The position numbers and the translations under genes are program-made. From IMG/VR virus record IMGVR_UViG_3300045988_109049: a stretch of 64,000 nucleotides of DNA. One strand, given 5' to 3'. Source of the stretch: a virus. How positions within the stretch are numbered: position 1 is the first letter of the stretch; each line of letters opens with the position of its first letter. The notes under the pieces are model-generated. The model saw nothing but the letters and a program-made list of their open reading frames with translations, searched no databases and was not told the origin of the DNA. Below, piece after piece: positions 12,016-20,473 of the stretch.

Positions 12016-12771
12016 TTAAGATATTACTTCTTTTGAATAAGCTGCATATACAGCAGTCATTTCAATATCACCACTTGCTTCAAAGCTATCCATGGTAGTC
12101 TTATAAAGGTCTCTTGTCCTTTCTCCTCCTCTTGCCAATGCAACAGCTTCAATAAGCTGTGAAGTCTTTAAGCTTGTACTGAAGGGGGCACTCACACCAT
12201 TAGTAATCTTTGAGAGTTCTTTATACCACTCAGTTTTATTTATAGTCACTGTATCAAACTTAATTCCTTTTTCAGCAGCTTTCCTAGCTTCTTCTCTCCA
12301 ATCAATTTGATTATTAACCACTTTGTTACCATAATGGTATCCTACTCCATGTGGTTCTGAATCTGCAATAAGGAGAACTGCTTTGATAGAACCCTCTCTC
12401 CAATTAGTCTCTTCTACTATCTTCTTAATGACAAGTTCATAGAATTCCTCTACATCGCCCCCACTTGTATTCTTTGCCTTGGTGACAAACTCTATAAGTC
12501 TAGTCTCATCATTAGTAAGCTCACATACTTGATATGCCTTACCAAATTTATCTTTTCTTGGCATATCACAATAATCACCAAAAGCTACTAATCCTATCCT
12601 TAAATTAGAATTCTGTTCAAAGAGTTTAGGGATCAGTTCCTTTATATTCAACTTAACTGCTTCAATGTAAGCCCACATAGAGCCAGTAGTATCAAATGCA
12701 ATCACCATATCAAGCATACTATCATTTAGAGGTGATTTTGTGTCTTTTTTCTTAACTAAATTCGTTCTCAT
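12016..12771 (-). CDS. von Willebrand factor A (vWA) domain protein
   Basis: VIAFDTTGSMWAY matches the MIDAS DxSxS/DxTxS motif at the first beta-strand. The downstream alternating pattern (LLIADSEPHG) fits a vWA Rossmann-like fold. Confidence 0.55.
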   Translation of the reverse strand: MRTNLVKKKDTKSPLNDSMLDMVIAFDTTGSMWAYIEAVKLNIKELIPKLFEQNSNLRIGLVAFGDYCDMPRKDKFGKAYQVCELTNDETRLIEFVTKAKNTSGGDVEEFYELVIKKIVEETNWREGSIKAVLLIADSEPHGVGYHYGNKVVNNQIDWREEARKAAEKGIKFDTVTINKTEWYKELSKITNGVSAPFSTSLKTSQLIEAVALARGGERTRDLYKTTMDSFEASGDIEMTAVYAAYSKEVIS

Positions 12772-12946
12772 ATTCTTTTTCTACTAAATACATTTCATCA
12801 TTTTCAGCATCATATGCGACAGCAGAGTTATAGGGAGTAAACTTGTGAGCCCAACAGAATTGAACAAAATTAAAAATATTTGAAAAGCAGAATATTTTAG
12901 GATTATCCTGCAGCCAGGCTTCTCTTAATTTATCTATATTCATCAT
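12752..12946 (-). CDS. Hypothetical small protein
   Basis: ORF track. Start and stop overlap both neighbouring genes. Confidence 0.4.
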   Translation of the reverse strand: MMNIDKLREAWLQDNPKIFCFSNIFNFVQFCWAHKFTPYNSAVAYDAENDEMYLVEKEYENEFS

Positions 12947-13827
12947 ACCAGTCCTCTTTTGATAAATTCTTCACTTAAAGGAATAGCTAATTCTCTCGCA
13001 CTAGGATGAGCATTAGGAGCACATCTTAATTCAAAGAAATGTTTCCAATCGTTAATAAAGCCAGTCATTACTAATTCTGTCTTTAAGGCATTAGGTAGTA
13101 CTGCTCTTGCTTGTTGAGGAGCCCAGGGATTATTCCTAAACCCAGTCTTATACCTCTTGTCAGGTATCTTATCTTCCCACTGTTTTAGTAAGTTAAGATA
13201 GTTAGCCTCGGCAGCTCTTAGTGCTACTAAGAATCCATTATAATAGGTATTACTTTCATAGTTATAATCCTCCAACCAGCAAGGTTCAATAAAGGTAAGC
13301 TCATTACCAAACTTGTCCTTAGAGTAGTTACAATAACGGGTACTCTCTTGAGCAAAGGAGAATACTCTATGTCTTACAAACTCATGTGATACACCTCTAT
13401 CACAGATAAAGTGTACAGTTATCCTCTTCTCATGGTACTCTGTAGGCTCACAGATATACTGTAAGTCATCAAGCCAGCCATTCTCTACTAACACTCTAAG
13501 GTTAGTAGTAACAGCTACTCTCCTCTGACCATCAACCTCACATACTTTGAAACCCTTTGAATAAGGGTTCTTAGTATATTTACCCCAACCATTAGCTTCT
13601 ATAGGCATTATAGTCTCCATAGGCATAGCTAGATACACTGTACCATGCTCCAACATGGCACCATGACCAGACTTAATCATTCTATCTACAAATCCTTTAG
13701 CAGAATCCTCTGTCATTTTATCTTCTGACTTATAACAGGTCCTTCCAGCTCTTTCTATGGCTTTATATATCCCATCTATTCCAGGTTCCTGTTCTAAAAT
13801 CTCCCATGAGGGTTTAATTAATTTCAT
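12943..13827 (-). CDS. thyX: Flavin-dependent thymidylate synthase ThyX
   Basis: VRHRVFSFAQESTRY is the ThyX RHRxxSxxxxSxR signature. Start moved to ATG 13827 (MKLIKPSWEI). The track start at 13836 is a TTG abutting the upstream stop. Confidence 0.85.
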   Translation of the reverse strand: MKLIKPSWEILEQEPGIDGIYKAIERAGRTCYKSEDKMTEDSAKGFVDRMIKSGHGAMLEHGTVYLAMPMETIMPIEANGWGKYTKNPYSKGFKVCEVDGQRRVAVTTNLRVLVENGWLDDLQYICEPTEYHEKRITVHFICDRGVSHEFVRHRVFSFAQESTRYCNYSKDKFGNELTFIEPCWLEDYNYESNTYYNGFLVALRAAEANYLNLLKQWEDKIPDKRYKTGFRNNPWAPQQARAVLPNALKTELVMTGFINDWKHFFELRCAPNAHPSARELAIPLSEEFIKRGLV

Positions 13828-13836
13828 ATACAACAA

Positions 13837-14082
13837 TTATTGATAAATAAATTTTAATAACTTCTCTTTTGATACCATCCCAGACAATTTCCTTAAAAGA
13901 TTACCTTCGTTATCTGTAACTAGAAGTGTGGGGAGTGACTTAATGTTATATTTGAGAGAAAGCCCTTCTCCATCCATAGAGTCTATATTAACACTTTCAT
14001 GCTCAATATTGCATTCTCTTAATAACTTTTCCAACTCTTTACATGGCCCACACCAATCAGCATATATCTTTATCACCTTCAT
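13837..14082 (-). CDS. Thioredoxin-like protein
   Basis: IKIYADWCGPCKELEKLL contains the WCGPC active site. ATG at 14082 is preferred over the extended track start at 14103. Confidence 0.8.
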   Translation of the reverse strand: MKVIKIYADWCGPCKELEKLLRECNIEHESVNIDSMDGEGLSLKYNIKSLPTLLVTDNEGNLLRKLSGMVSKEKLLKFIYQ

Positions 14083-14449
14083 TTGTTTCCTCCTCTTCTG
14101 CAATATCCACTATTTCCATACAATCTTCACACCAGTATTCATTATTTGCCCAATCTTCCTGTGCAAATTCTAAAGTATTAGCATCTACCCATGCATGCTT
14201 CAGAATACTTGTACCTCCACAATTATTACAATGTAGAGGTTTTCTATTATCTTCACAGCTTTCTTTCTCTTCTAGAGAGTTTAATACTAACTTTCTTGGC
14301 TCATCATCCTCCCATCTTACTTCTGGGAACTTAGAATCATCGCTAAGTATATCCCAAGCACCTTTGTCTGAAACCCAAACATAAGCAGTTTTTACAGGTT
14401 TCTCTTCAAATATGCTTAATTCTCCATCTCTATTTCTCGCAATATACAT
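14057..14449 (-). CDS. Hypothetical protein (Cys-containing C-terminal half)
   Basis: ORF track. CNNCGG...CEDC could form a zinc ribbon. Confidence 0.45.
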   Translation of the reverse strand: MYIARNRDGELSIFEEKPVKTAYVWVSDKGAWDILSDDSKFPEVRWEDDEPRKLVLNSLEEKESCEDNRKPLHCNNCGGTSILKHAWVDANTLEFAQEDWANNEYWCEDCMEIVDIAEEEETNEGDKDIC

Positions 14450-14499
14450 ATTTTATTCCTCCAAGAACTTTAATAGTACAAATATACCTATCATTGCCC

Positions 14500-14763
14500 T
14501 CATTTCGCATTGTCGTATGTAATTTCTCTCCAATAATTACTCCAAAGTCTAACTAATTGTTTTTCTGTATATGGTTCTGTTATACCCATATTTGCATTTA
14601 CATACCATATTCCGATGGAGTCAACAAGGATAAATCTATTCATGTCTACTTGATATATCTCATCATCGGGGTGTGCTTCCTTTACAGCAGTTGTACAGTC
14701 TCCATTTGTATAGCAGCTTGTTAGTATAATCGATACTAATAAAAGCAATAGGAATTTCTTCAT
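14500..14763 (-). CDS. Putative lipoprotein
   Basis: MKKFLLLLLVSIILTSC is a signal peptide with a lipobox Cys. ATG at 14763 follows the upstream stop at 14766. Confidence 0.55.
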   Translation of the reverse strand: MKKFLLLLLVSIILTSCYTNGDCTTAVKEAHPDDEIYQVDMNRFILVDSIGIWYVNANMGITEPYTEKQLVRLWSNYWREITYDNAK

Positions 14764-14765
14764 AG

Positions 14766-15566
14766 TTACTCCTCCCACTCGATTTTAATTGTGCCTAAAT
14801 ACGATGGTGGACAATTACTTACGGCTTCTTCTCTGTTAGGAAATACGCCAACAACTGATGTATCTCCATGATTATTTTTGCACAAGTTAATCCACCCCTC
14901 TTTCTTCTGGGGGAGCATCATTAAGTCATCTTTATATGTCGCGTCATCTTCAATTAGAACCTTACCTTTTTCATTATAACCATATACGGTTTCTTCTTTG
15001 GCAGTATCTTCTACCAAAGCAATGATTGGATAGCTTACGCCCTTGAATAAAAATTTTCTATCAAAGGAAATAATCCTTGCCTTTCTACCATCACGAGTAC
15101 ATACTGGCTTGCCAGCTTTGGCTGCTTCAAGGTCAAAGGGTTTAAGACTCAATTTCTTTTCTTCCATATTTTCTTTGTTTTGTTTAATTTCTACAAACAT
15201 TTCATTTATTAAGCATGAATATGTTGGATAATGATTTATGTGGCCATTCAATTTGCAGTCTCTTGAAAAATTATCATAAAAAGCACAATTATTACAAAGA
15301 GCATCAGAAACCTTTATTTTCTGGTATGATTTATTCTCTATCCTAATAGGCTCTCCGACCTTTTCAAGTTTCTTGAAGATTACAGATTTACCATCTTTTC
15401 TATAACATGATAAACATTCTCCTCTTATCTCAAATACATCACTACAATGAATATTACTCTTGGTATCTAAATCACAATTCTCACATCCAAGAGATTTTGT
15501 ATGAATACACTGATACCATTCTCCGTTGTACTCAAATATTTCTCCTACTTTTCTTTCCATAATCAT
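14766..15566 (-). CDS. Cys-rich hypothetical protein with a duplicated N-terminal module
   Basis: VGEIFEYNGEWYQC...CENC and VGEPIRIENKSYQK...CNNC look like two copies of one small module. Confidence 0.45.
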   Translation of the reverse strand: MIMERKVGEIFEYNGEWYQCIHTKSLGCENCDLDTKSNIHCSDVFEIRGECLSCYRKDGKSVIFKKLEKVGEPIRIENKSYQKIKVSDALCNNCAFYDNFSRDCKLNGHINHYPTYSCLINEMFVEIKQNKENMEEKKLSLKPFDLEAAKAGKPVCTRDGRKARIISFDRKFLFKGVSYPIIALVEDTAKEETVYGYNEKGKVLIEDDATYKDDLMMLPQKKEGWINLCKNNHGDTSVVGVFPNREEAVSNCPPSYLGTIKIEWEE

Positions 15567-15569
15567 ATT

Positions 15570-16097
15570 TCATTTTAAATCGAATATCTTACTTGAATCC
15601 CTAATAGAATCAATAGACATCTTAGCGCTTAATTGCCCCATAAATTCAGCAAAATTCATTGCCAAGTTCCAACTATTCCATTTGTGAGTAATCTCTACCA
15701 GTTCAAAAGCATTTAATTCGATAAGATTTTCGTTCTTTGTGCGAAGATCTTTAACAGCTTTTCGTATCGGTTCATATTTAGGACCTTTATATTTTGACGA
15801 GATGTCTATATCTCTCCTTTCAATAGTTCTGTATTCAGCTATATATGAAGGTAACATATTTGCTTGTATTGCATTATATACATCACTCTCCACGGGGCCA
15901 TATGGCATAGCATAGAAATTATCGAATATATCCAAAAGGTCATCGCCTCCTTCTTCCTTAGGAGCAGCAGCCAAAAACAGCAGTTTCATGGCTGTAAGTT
16001 TAGGAAACGGTTTGCCCTTAATCGTTTCATGATTATCCCGCCACTCTTCAAAAAGGTGGAGCATATAATCAAATGCCTCTATTTTATCTACTTTCAT
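15570..16097 (-). CDS. Panacea (DUF4065, SocA-like) antitoxin-domain protein
   Basis: LTAMKLLFLAA and FYAMPYGPVESDVYNAI match the Panacea/DUF4065 pattern (KLxKLLY ... W..GPV...vY). Confidence 0.5.
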   Translation of the reverse strand: MKVDKIEAFDYMLHLFEEWRDNHETIKGKPFPKLTAMKLLFLAAAPKEEGGDDLLDIFDNFYAMPYGPVESDVYNAIQANMLPSYIAEYRTIERRDIDISSKYKGPKYEPIRKAVKDLRTKNENLIELNAFELVEITHKWNSWNLAMNFAEFMGQLSAKMSIDSIRDSSKIFDLK

Positions 16098-16101
16098 AAT
16101 T

Positions 16102-16716
16102 TCACTTTACCAGTTCGAAATCATACACAAATACATAGGGGTTTCTCTCCCATGTGCCTTTACCGCTTACTTTATCAATTAGTGCAGCATAGGCTTCACG
16201 AGGTGTATCAAATAATTTTCCCGTTGAACACCAAGAAAAACCCTCTTGCTCATAGTAATTAATCCCCTCTGCCATACAATCAACATCAGATATATCCCGC
16301 AACCTCTCCACTCTTACGGCTGTTATCCTAACTCTGTGTGGCATTAGCTCCGGCTTCACATACATTTTATTTGTCCAGCCTGCACCGTTTGGGAATAAAT
16401 TAGGATTGCACTCATCATTGTAAAAGGAATTGTAGCTTTGAGCGGCGGCTACGATTTCACCTACTTTATACGGGAGTCGGAATATGCTACCTCCTTCCAG
16501 CTTTGCTCCATAACCACAGAACTCACAATAAACACTACCATCTTCGTTGACAACCAAACTCATGGGTTTGTCCTTCCAATATGCTGATTTATACCAACGA
16601 TGTACCGTAGAACAGTCCTCCGGTTGTGGATTCATTATCCGCCTTGTCTGAGTTTTTCTTCCTTCAAGTACGGCTTGTGTAAGTCCGTATTTATCATTGA
16701 ACATTATTTTTTTCAT
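16102..16716 (-). CDS. ASCH/PUA-like domain protein
   Basis: The N-terminus KIMFNDKYGLTQAVLEGRKTQTRRIM matches the ASCH opening motif (GxKTxExR). Confidence 0.45.
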   Translation of the reverse strand: MKKIMFNDKYGLTQAVLEGRKTQTRRIMNPQPEDCSTVHRWYKSAYWKDKPMSLVVNEDGSVYCEFCGYGAKLEGGSIFRLPYKVGEIVAAAQSYNSFYNDECNPNLFPNGAGWTNKMYVKPELMPHRVRITAVRVERLRDISDVDCMAEGINYYEQEGFSWCSTGKLFDTPREAYAALIDKVSGKGTWERNPYVFVYDFELVK

Positions 16717-16977
16717 ATTTCAATCGCCATTAATTAGATAAACTTCTGTAACCTCGTCGTCTCCATATATCTTACCCATAGAATAGACTTTTAAATTATT
16801 TTGGAACTTTCATAAGTTCGTCAATCAATTCTTGTACTGTCATATTCTTTTCTTTTTAAGTTTTCCACATTTTTTACATGTCAATAGGAGCTTATCACAA
16901 GTCTCATAACGAGTGATATGTAATATTATCCACTCATGTGAACATTGAAATTTCCTCAACCATTCCTTCATAAGATA

Positions 16978-17259
16978 TTACAAATTAAATCTCTTGATTT
17001 CTTCCTTAGTAAACCAATGTTCCAATTTCAAAGGCTTAAAGCTAAAAAGCATTTTGTTATAGGAATGTCTATCATAAATTTTATTCCATTCTTTATGCAT
17101 AGATTCATACTTATCAATATCTTCATATAATATGCGAAGCAGCTCATTATGAGCTCTATCTAGTATATACGTTCTGAAAACAAATACTTTTTCATTTCTT
17201 ATGAGAATATATAAGTTGGCTGCTACTATTAAAATTATAAAACTTATCAGTATGTTCAT
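16978..17259 (-). CDS. Small membrane protein
   Basis: MNILISFIILIVAANLYILI is a transmembrane helix. ATG at 17259 overlaps the upstream stop as ATGA. Confidence 0.45.
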   Translation of the reverse strand: MNILISFIILIVAANLYILIRNEKVFVFRTYILDRAHNELLRILYEDIDKYESMHKEWNKIYDRHSYNKMLFSFKPLKLEHWFTKEEIKRFNL

Positions 17260-17588
17260 TGCTTGTCTTCTTTCTTCAATTCCGTAATGAGGGCATCGGC
17301 ACATTCTATTGCATATTGCGCTTGTGCCATTGTATTTTTGAATCCTGTTGTATCATTGTTATGTTGTTCAGCAGCAGTCATCATATCTTTGGCTATCTCA
17401 TACCTACGTTGCTCCCAATCAATGTTCTTGTGTGGTTCTTCTTTAATAAATTCAAGCTCTGATTGCACGTATGTACACCAACTACGCTTGTTATCAACAT
17501 ATTGACGCTCCACTCCTCTTTTGGTGATAATATTTTCTGTCTGTGATACCTCTATGACTTCCCCTGTTGTTTTAACTTTCGCTTTCAT
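17256..17588 (-). CDS. Hypothetical protein
   Basis: ORF track; compact packing. Confidence 0.45.
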   Translation of the reverse strand: MKAKVKTTGEVIEVSQTENIITKRGVERQYVDNKRSWCTYVQSELEFIKEEPHKNIDWEQRRYEIAKDMMTAAEQHNNDTTGFKNTMAQAQYAIECADALITELKKEDKQ

Positions 17589-17603
17589 TTCTTTATTATA
17601 TCA

Positions 17604-17915
17604 TCAACATTTCTTAATTTCTACTTCTAGACTATCTACCTTCCACTCATTTAAATTACCTTTATCTGGTAGTATAATTTGGTCTCTTACTGCTCCTTCT
17701 ATATCACATTCTGAGTAGTCTATGTCTTCAAAGTAATCCCCATCTTCATCTACCCCTGAATCCACTATTGTATAGTCATCTACCCATATCGGTACTATCT
17801 TACTTAATGTTATAGTAGCTTCAACCTCAATTTTCCTACTTGAATTTGATTTTATATTCCATGGGGAATGATCATTATGTTCCACTCCTTCTGGATAATA
17901 TCCACTTTCAGTCAT
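17604..17915 (-). CDS. Highly acidic protein, candidate non-canonical HicB-like partner of HicA
   Basis: Overlaps the hicA stop by 4 nt. DEDGDYFEDIDYSECDIEGA loosely follows the HicB N-domain pattern DGxY...C...G. No DNA-binding domain is visible. Confidence 0.3.
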   Translation of the reverse strand: MTESGYYPEGVEHNDHSPWNIKSNSSRKIEVEATITLSKIVPIWVDDYTIVDSGVDEDGDYFEDIDYSECDIEGAVRDQIILPDKGNLNEWKVDSLEVEIKKC

Positions 17916-18121
17916 TTCTTCTTTTTCTTTAAGTTCGTATCTAGGTTATTCTCCTTAATCAACCTCCTAATAATCACGTCCTTAATGTTCTTCGGGATGC
18001 TGATATGCCTCCCTTCACTATTTATGTAAATAGAATGGCTTCCATTACATCTATCATAATAGAAGCCATTACTCTCTACCATTTTAATAAATTCTCTCCT
18101 TGTATATTGTTTTCTTTGCAT
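17912..18121 (-). CDS. hicA: HicA-family mRNA interferase toxin
   Basis: 69 aa. FIKMVESNGFYYDRCNGSHSIYINSEGRHISIPKN..VIIRRLIKENNL matches the HicA consensus, including the GSH catalytic His. Confidence 0.7.
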   Translation of the reverse strand: MQRKQYTRREFIKMVESNGFYYDRCNGSHSIYINSEGRHISIPKNIKDVIIRRLIKENNLDTNLKKKKK

Positions 18122-18137
18122 GGAATCTTTTTAAAAT

Positions 18138-18551
18138 CTACAAAATTCCTCTCATCTTTAGTAAAATCTCTACTCCATTCCAATCCACATAGGGTAATGT
18201 ACTATATTCATCATGCTTTAGTGGTATTCCAAGAGCACTATCATCTATATAAATATGTGCAAATATCTTTTTAGAGGAAGTCCAATTATGTTGGGTAGGA
18301 TTTTCATTGACACCATATAGAGGAATCTCGTTTTTACGAAACCAATCAATAGCTTCCTGAAGAGTATCCACAAGTCTAACACCCTCATTGGTAACACATT
18401 TATTGTTACAGTGACTCCTCATAGTATATAAGATAATTTGATGTTCTTTCTCTACTAGTTTTCTCAATACAGGTATTGCACCTATATCTTTACCTATTTT
18501 AGGGAACTCATGAGTTACACAAGTTCCATCAAAATCTACTGCTATTACCAT
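18138..18551 (-). CDS. HAD-superfamily phosphatase-like protein
   Basis: IAVDFDGTCV is HAD motif I (DxDGT). YIDDS near the C-terminus fits motif IV. Confidence 0.55.
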   Translation of the reverse strand: MVIAVDFDGTCVTHEFPKIGKDIGAIPVLRKLVEKEHQIILYTMRSHCNNKCVTNEGVRLVDTLQEAIDWFRKNEIPLYGVNENPTQHNWTSSKKIFAHIYIDDSALGIPLKHDEYSTLPYVDWNGVEILLKMRGIL

Positions 18552-18839
18552 CTACTTCCCTCCTTCGTTACTAGTTAGATATTCTATTTCAAATTCAGAT
18601 TTAGGAATCTCAAAGCAACAGTGAGTCCCAAATTCAACCCATCTTAGTTTATATCCCAAGGATTCAAGCCTTCTAGATAAAGGTGCTTTAGTACTAATGA
18701 TATTCACAAACTTATTATTTCCCATATAGTTTAATCCATTATTTCCTGTACCGTAGACTTTCCCTATCTTAGACAAATTAGGTCTACCAGGCTTATAGTA
18801 AAGCCCAGTAGCCTTGTGTTTCATTTTATACGGAATCAT
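18552..18839 (-). CDS. Hypothetical protein
   Basis: ORF track. Confidence 0.4.
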   Translation of the reverse strand: MIPYKMKHKATGLYYKPGRPNLSKIGKVYGTGNNGLNYMGNNKFVNIISTKAPLSRRLESLGYKLRWVEFGTHCCFEIPKSEFEIEYLTSNEGGK

Positions 18840-19254
18840 TACCAGTTTCTCTTTTATTCAACCACATCACAGTCATTATAGCATAATTAGCAAGATCCAG
18901 AAGGGTATCTTTAATAGACTCATTCTTAACCATAGCCTTCTTATTAACTAATGACTCCAGTCTATTCATCTTGTCTCCCATCCTTACTAGACCTGCTATA
19001 AGTCCAAACTTATTAAGAGAACAATCAAAGGAATTACCATAATCATGATTCTTAGCTGCATAAGTCTTAGCCATATTAGTAGTTATGTCCATAAAGGAAT
19101 CTACACTACTGTCAAGTTCTGGTCTTTGCCCTAAGATTTTCAGTTCATTCATTACAGACCTTATAGGATTTAAAGCCTCTATAGATACTCCTGCTCTTAT
19201 AGCATTTTCAAGTTTATCTATAAGATCTTTATACACTTTATTAATTTTTACCAT
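18826..19254 (-). CDS. DUF1599-like (nucleotide-modification-associated domain 1) protein
   Basis: AAKNHDYGNSF ... GLVRMGDKMNRLESL matches the KxxDYG...R..DKxxRL pattern as I recall it for DUF1599. Confidence 0.4.
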   Translation of the reverse strand: MVKINKVYKDLIDKLENAIRAGVSIEALNPIRSVMNELKILGQRPELDSSVDSFMDITTNMAKTYAAKNHDYGNSFDCSLNKFGLIAGLVRMGDKMNRLESLVNKKAMVKNESIKDTLLDLANYAIMTVMWLNKRETGNDSV

Positions 19255-19291
19255 TTCCTTAATTTATTTTTTTTTTACTATATTATCTTAA

Positions 19292-19609
19292 TTAATGAAC
19301 CCAGTAGGTTGGAAGAGGACCATTGTCATCAAGATATTCTCTATAGCTCTTTGGTAAGTCCTTTATTTTATAAGACTGATTAGTTCTAATATTTACTAGA
19401 ACATCTTCCCCCATAGAGGCTATAATATCACCCTTAACCATAATCTTCTCTCCATTGAATTCAAAGTCTTCTATACATAACTTATGTCTAGACACATCTG
19501 CATCCAACTTTACCCTATGGACAAAATATGCTCCAGATTTAACCATTATATCATACAGTACTTTAGCTATATCTTCTGCTATCTCTTCTGGAGCTTCGCA
19601 GTTGATTTC
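19292..19609 (-). CDS. polA: Family A DNA polymerase, exon 2 (C-terminal 105 aa)
   Basis: EINCEAPEEIAEDIAKVL continues motif C (compare Taq VHDELVLEAPKE) when joined to ...VTPYD of exon 1. Confidence 0.8.
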   Translation of the reverse strand, partial: EINCEAPEEIAEDIAKVLYDIMVKSGAYFVHRVKLDADVSRHKLCIEDFEFNGEKIMVKGDIIASMGEDVLVNIRTNQSYKIKDLPKSYREYLDDNGPLPTYWVH

Positions 19610-20473
19610 CACATATGTTACGAATATGTCGATTCCACATATTCTCTTTAGATTTCTCTAAAGGTCGGACTATATCTTATAAAAATCTCCACATATAGGC
19701 TAGTTGCCCATTGGTTAGATTTCTATCAGTGCTTTTCAGCTGCTCTTGCAGCTTACTCCATTTCTGGATAGTCTCTGAACTCCATAATTTATAAGAGTAA
19801 CAATTAATAGGATATTTAGCTAATATAGAATGAATAATATAGGCTCCCTCATATTTATTTATTCCTAAATAATATAATGGTCTGCTATGATTATTATCTA
19901 CTCTTACTTTAGCTTTTACTCCTATACTCTCAAAGAAAGGAATAAATACATTTTCTTGAATATTCAGAGAAAATTTCTGAGTATTAAGGTTGTAATATAA
20001 GTCCCTCTTATGAAGGCTCCCATCATCATAGAACCACAATGCTAAACCTAACTCATCAAGATTACTCACTACTTCTTCTATAGGGAGTTCCTTGATTAAT
20101 TTAAGTGAAAACCAAGCTCCTCCATAATAAGTATATATGGGAGTTTGGTTATAACCATTGCTGTCTACATGATTTATTTTGCCTTTACCAATTAATTGTT
20201 TTTTATACTCTAAGTATTCCTTATGCTTACAATTGGATGTATATATAGTACTACCACTATTAGTAGTAGATATGCAACCATCCCCTAATATAGCAGTAAG
20301 AAAAACCTGAGTTTGCTCTCTTGTAAAATCATAAAGCTGCTTATTGCCTATTTCTCTTAAGTTACTTAAAATCATATTTAATACTTTTACTAGTTTATTA
20401 TTACAATAATTCAGTGATTAAATCTTTAAGGGTTTCAAGCAATTAACACTGTTTTACTACAACAAAATTACTT
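19610..20473 (-). mobile_element. Group I intron in PolA motif C
   Basis: The 5' exon ends in gaT and the intron ends in G (19610). R ggagttcagagactatcc lies at about 19766-19783 and S aagatatagtcc at 19667-19678. These are followed by a GAAA hairpin, a second hairpin and cgtaacatatgtg before the splice site. Confidence 0.85.
19677..20375 (-). CDS. Intron-encoded LAGLIDADG homing endonuclease
   Basis: Two LAGLIDADG motifs: FLTAILGDGCIS and LALWFYDDGSL. The ORF 3' end runs through the R element and stops inside the S element. Confidence 0.8.
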   Translation of the reverse strand: MILSNLREIGNKQLYDFTREQTQVFLTAILGDGCISTTNSGSTIYTSNCKHKEYLEYKKQLIGKGKINHVDSNGYNQTPIYTYYGGAWFSLKLIKELPIEEVVSNLDELGLALWFYDDGSLHKRDLYYNLNTQKFSLNIQENVFIPFFESIGVKAKVRVDNNHSRPLYYLGINKYEGAYIIHSILAKYPINCYSYKLWSSETIQKWSKLQEQLKSTDRNLTNGQLAYMWRFL

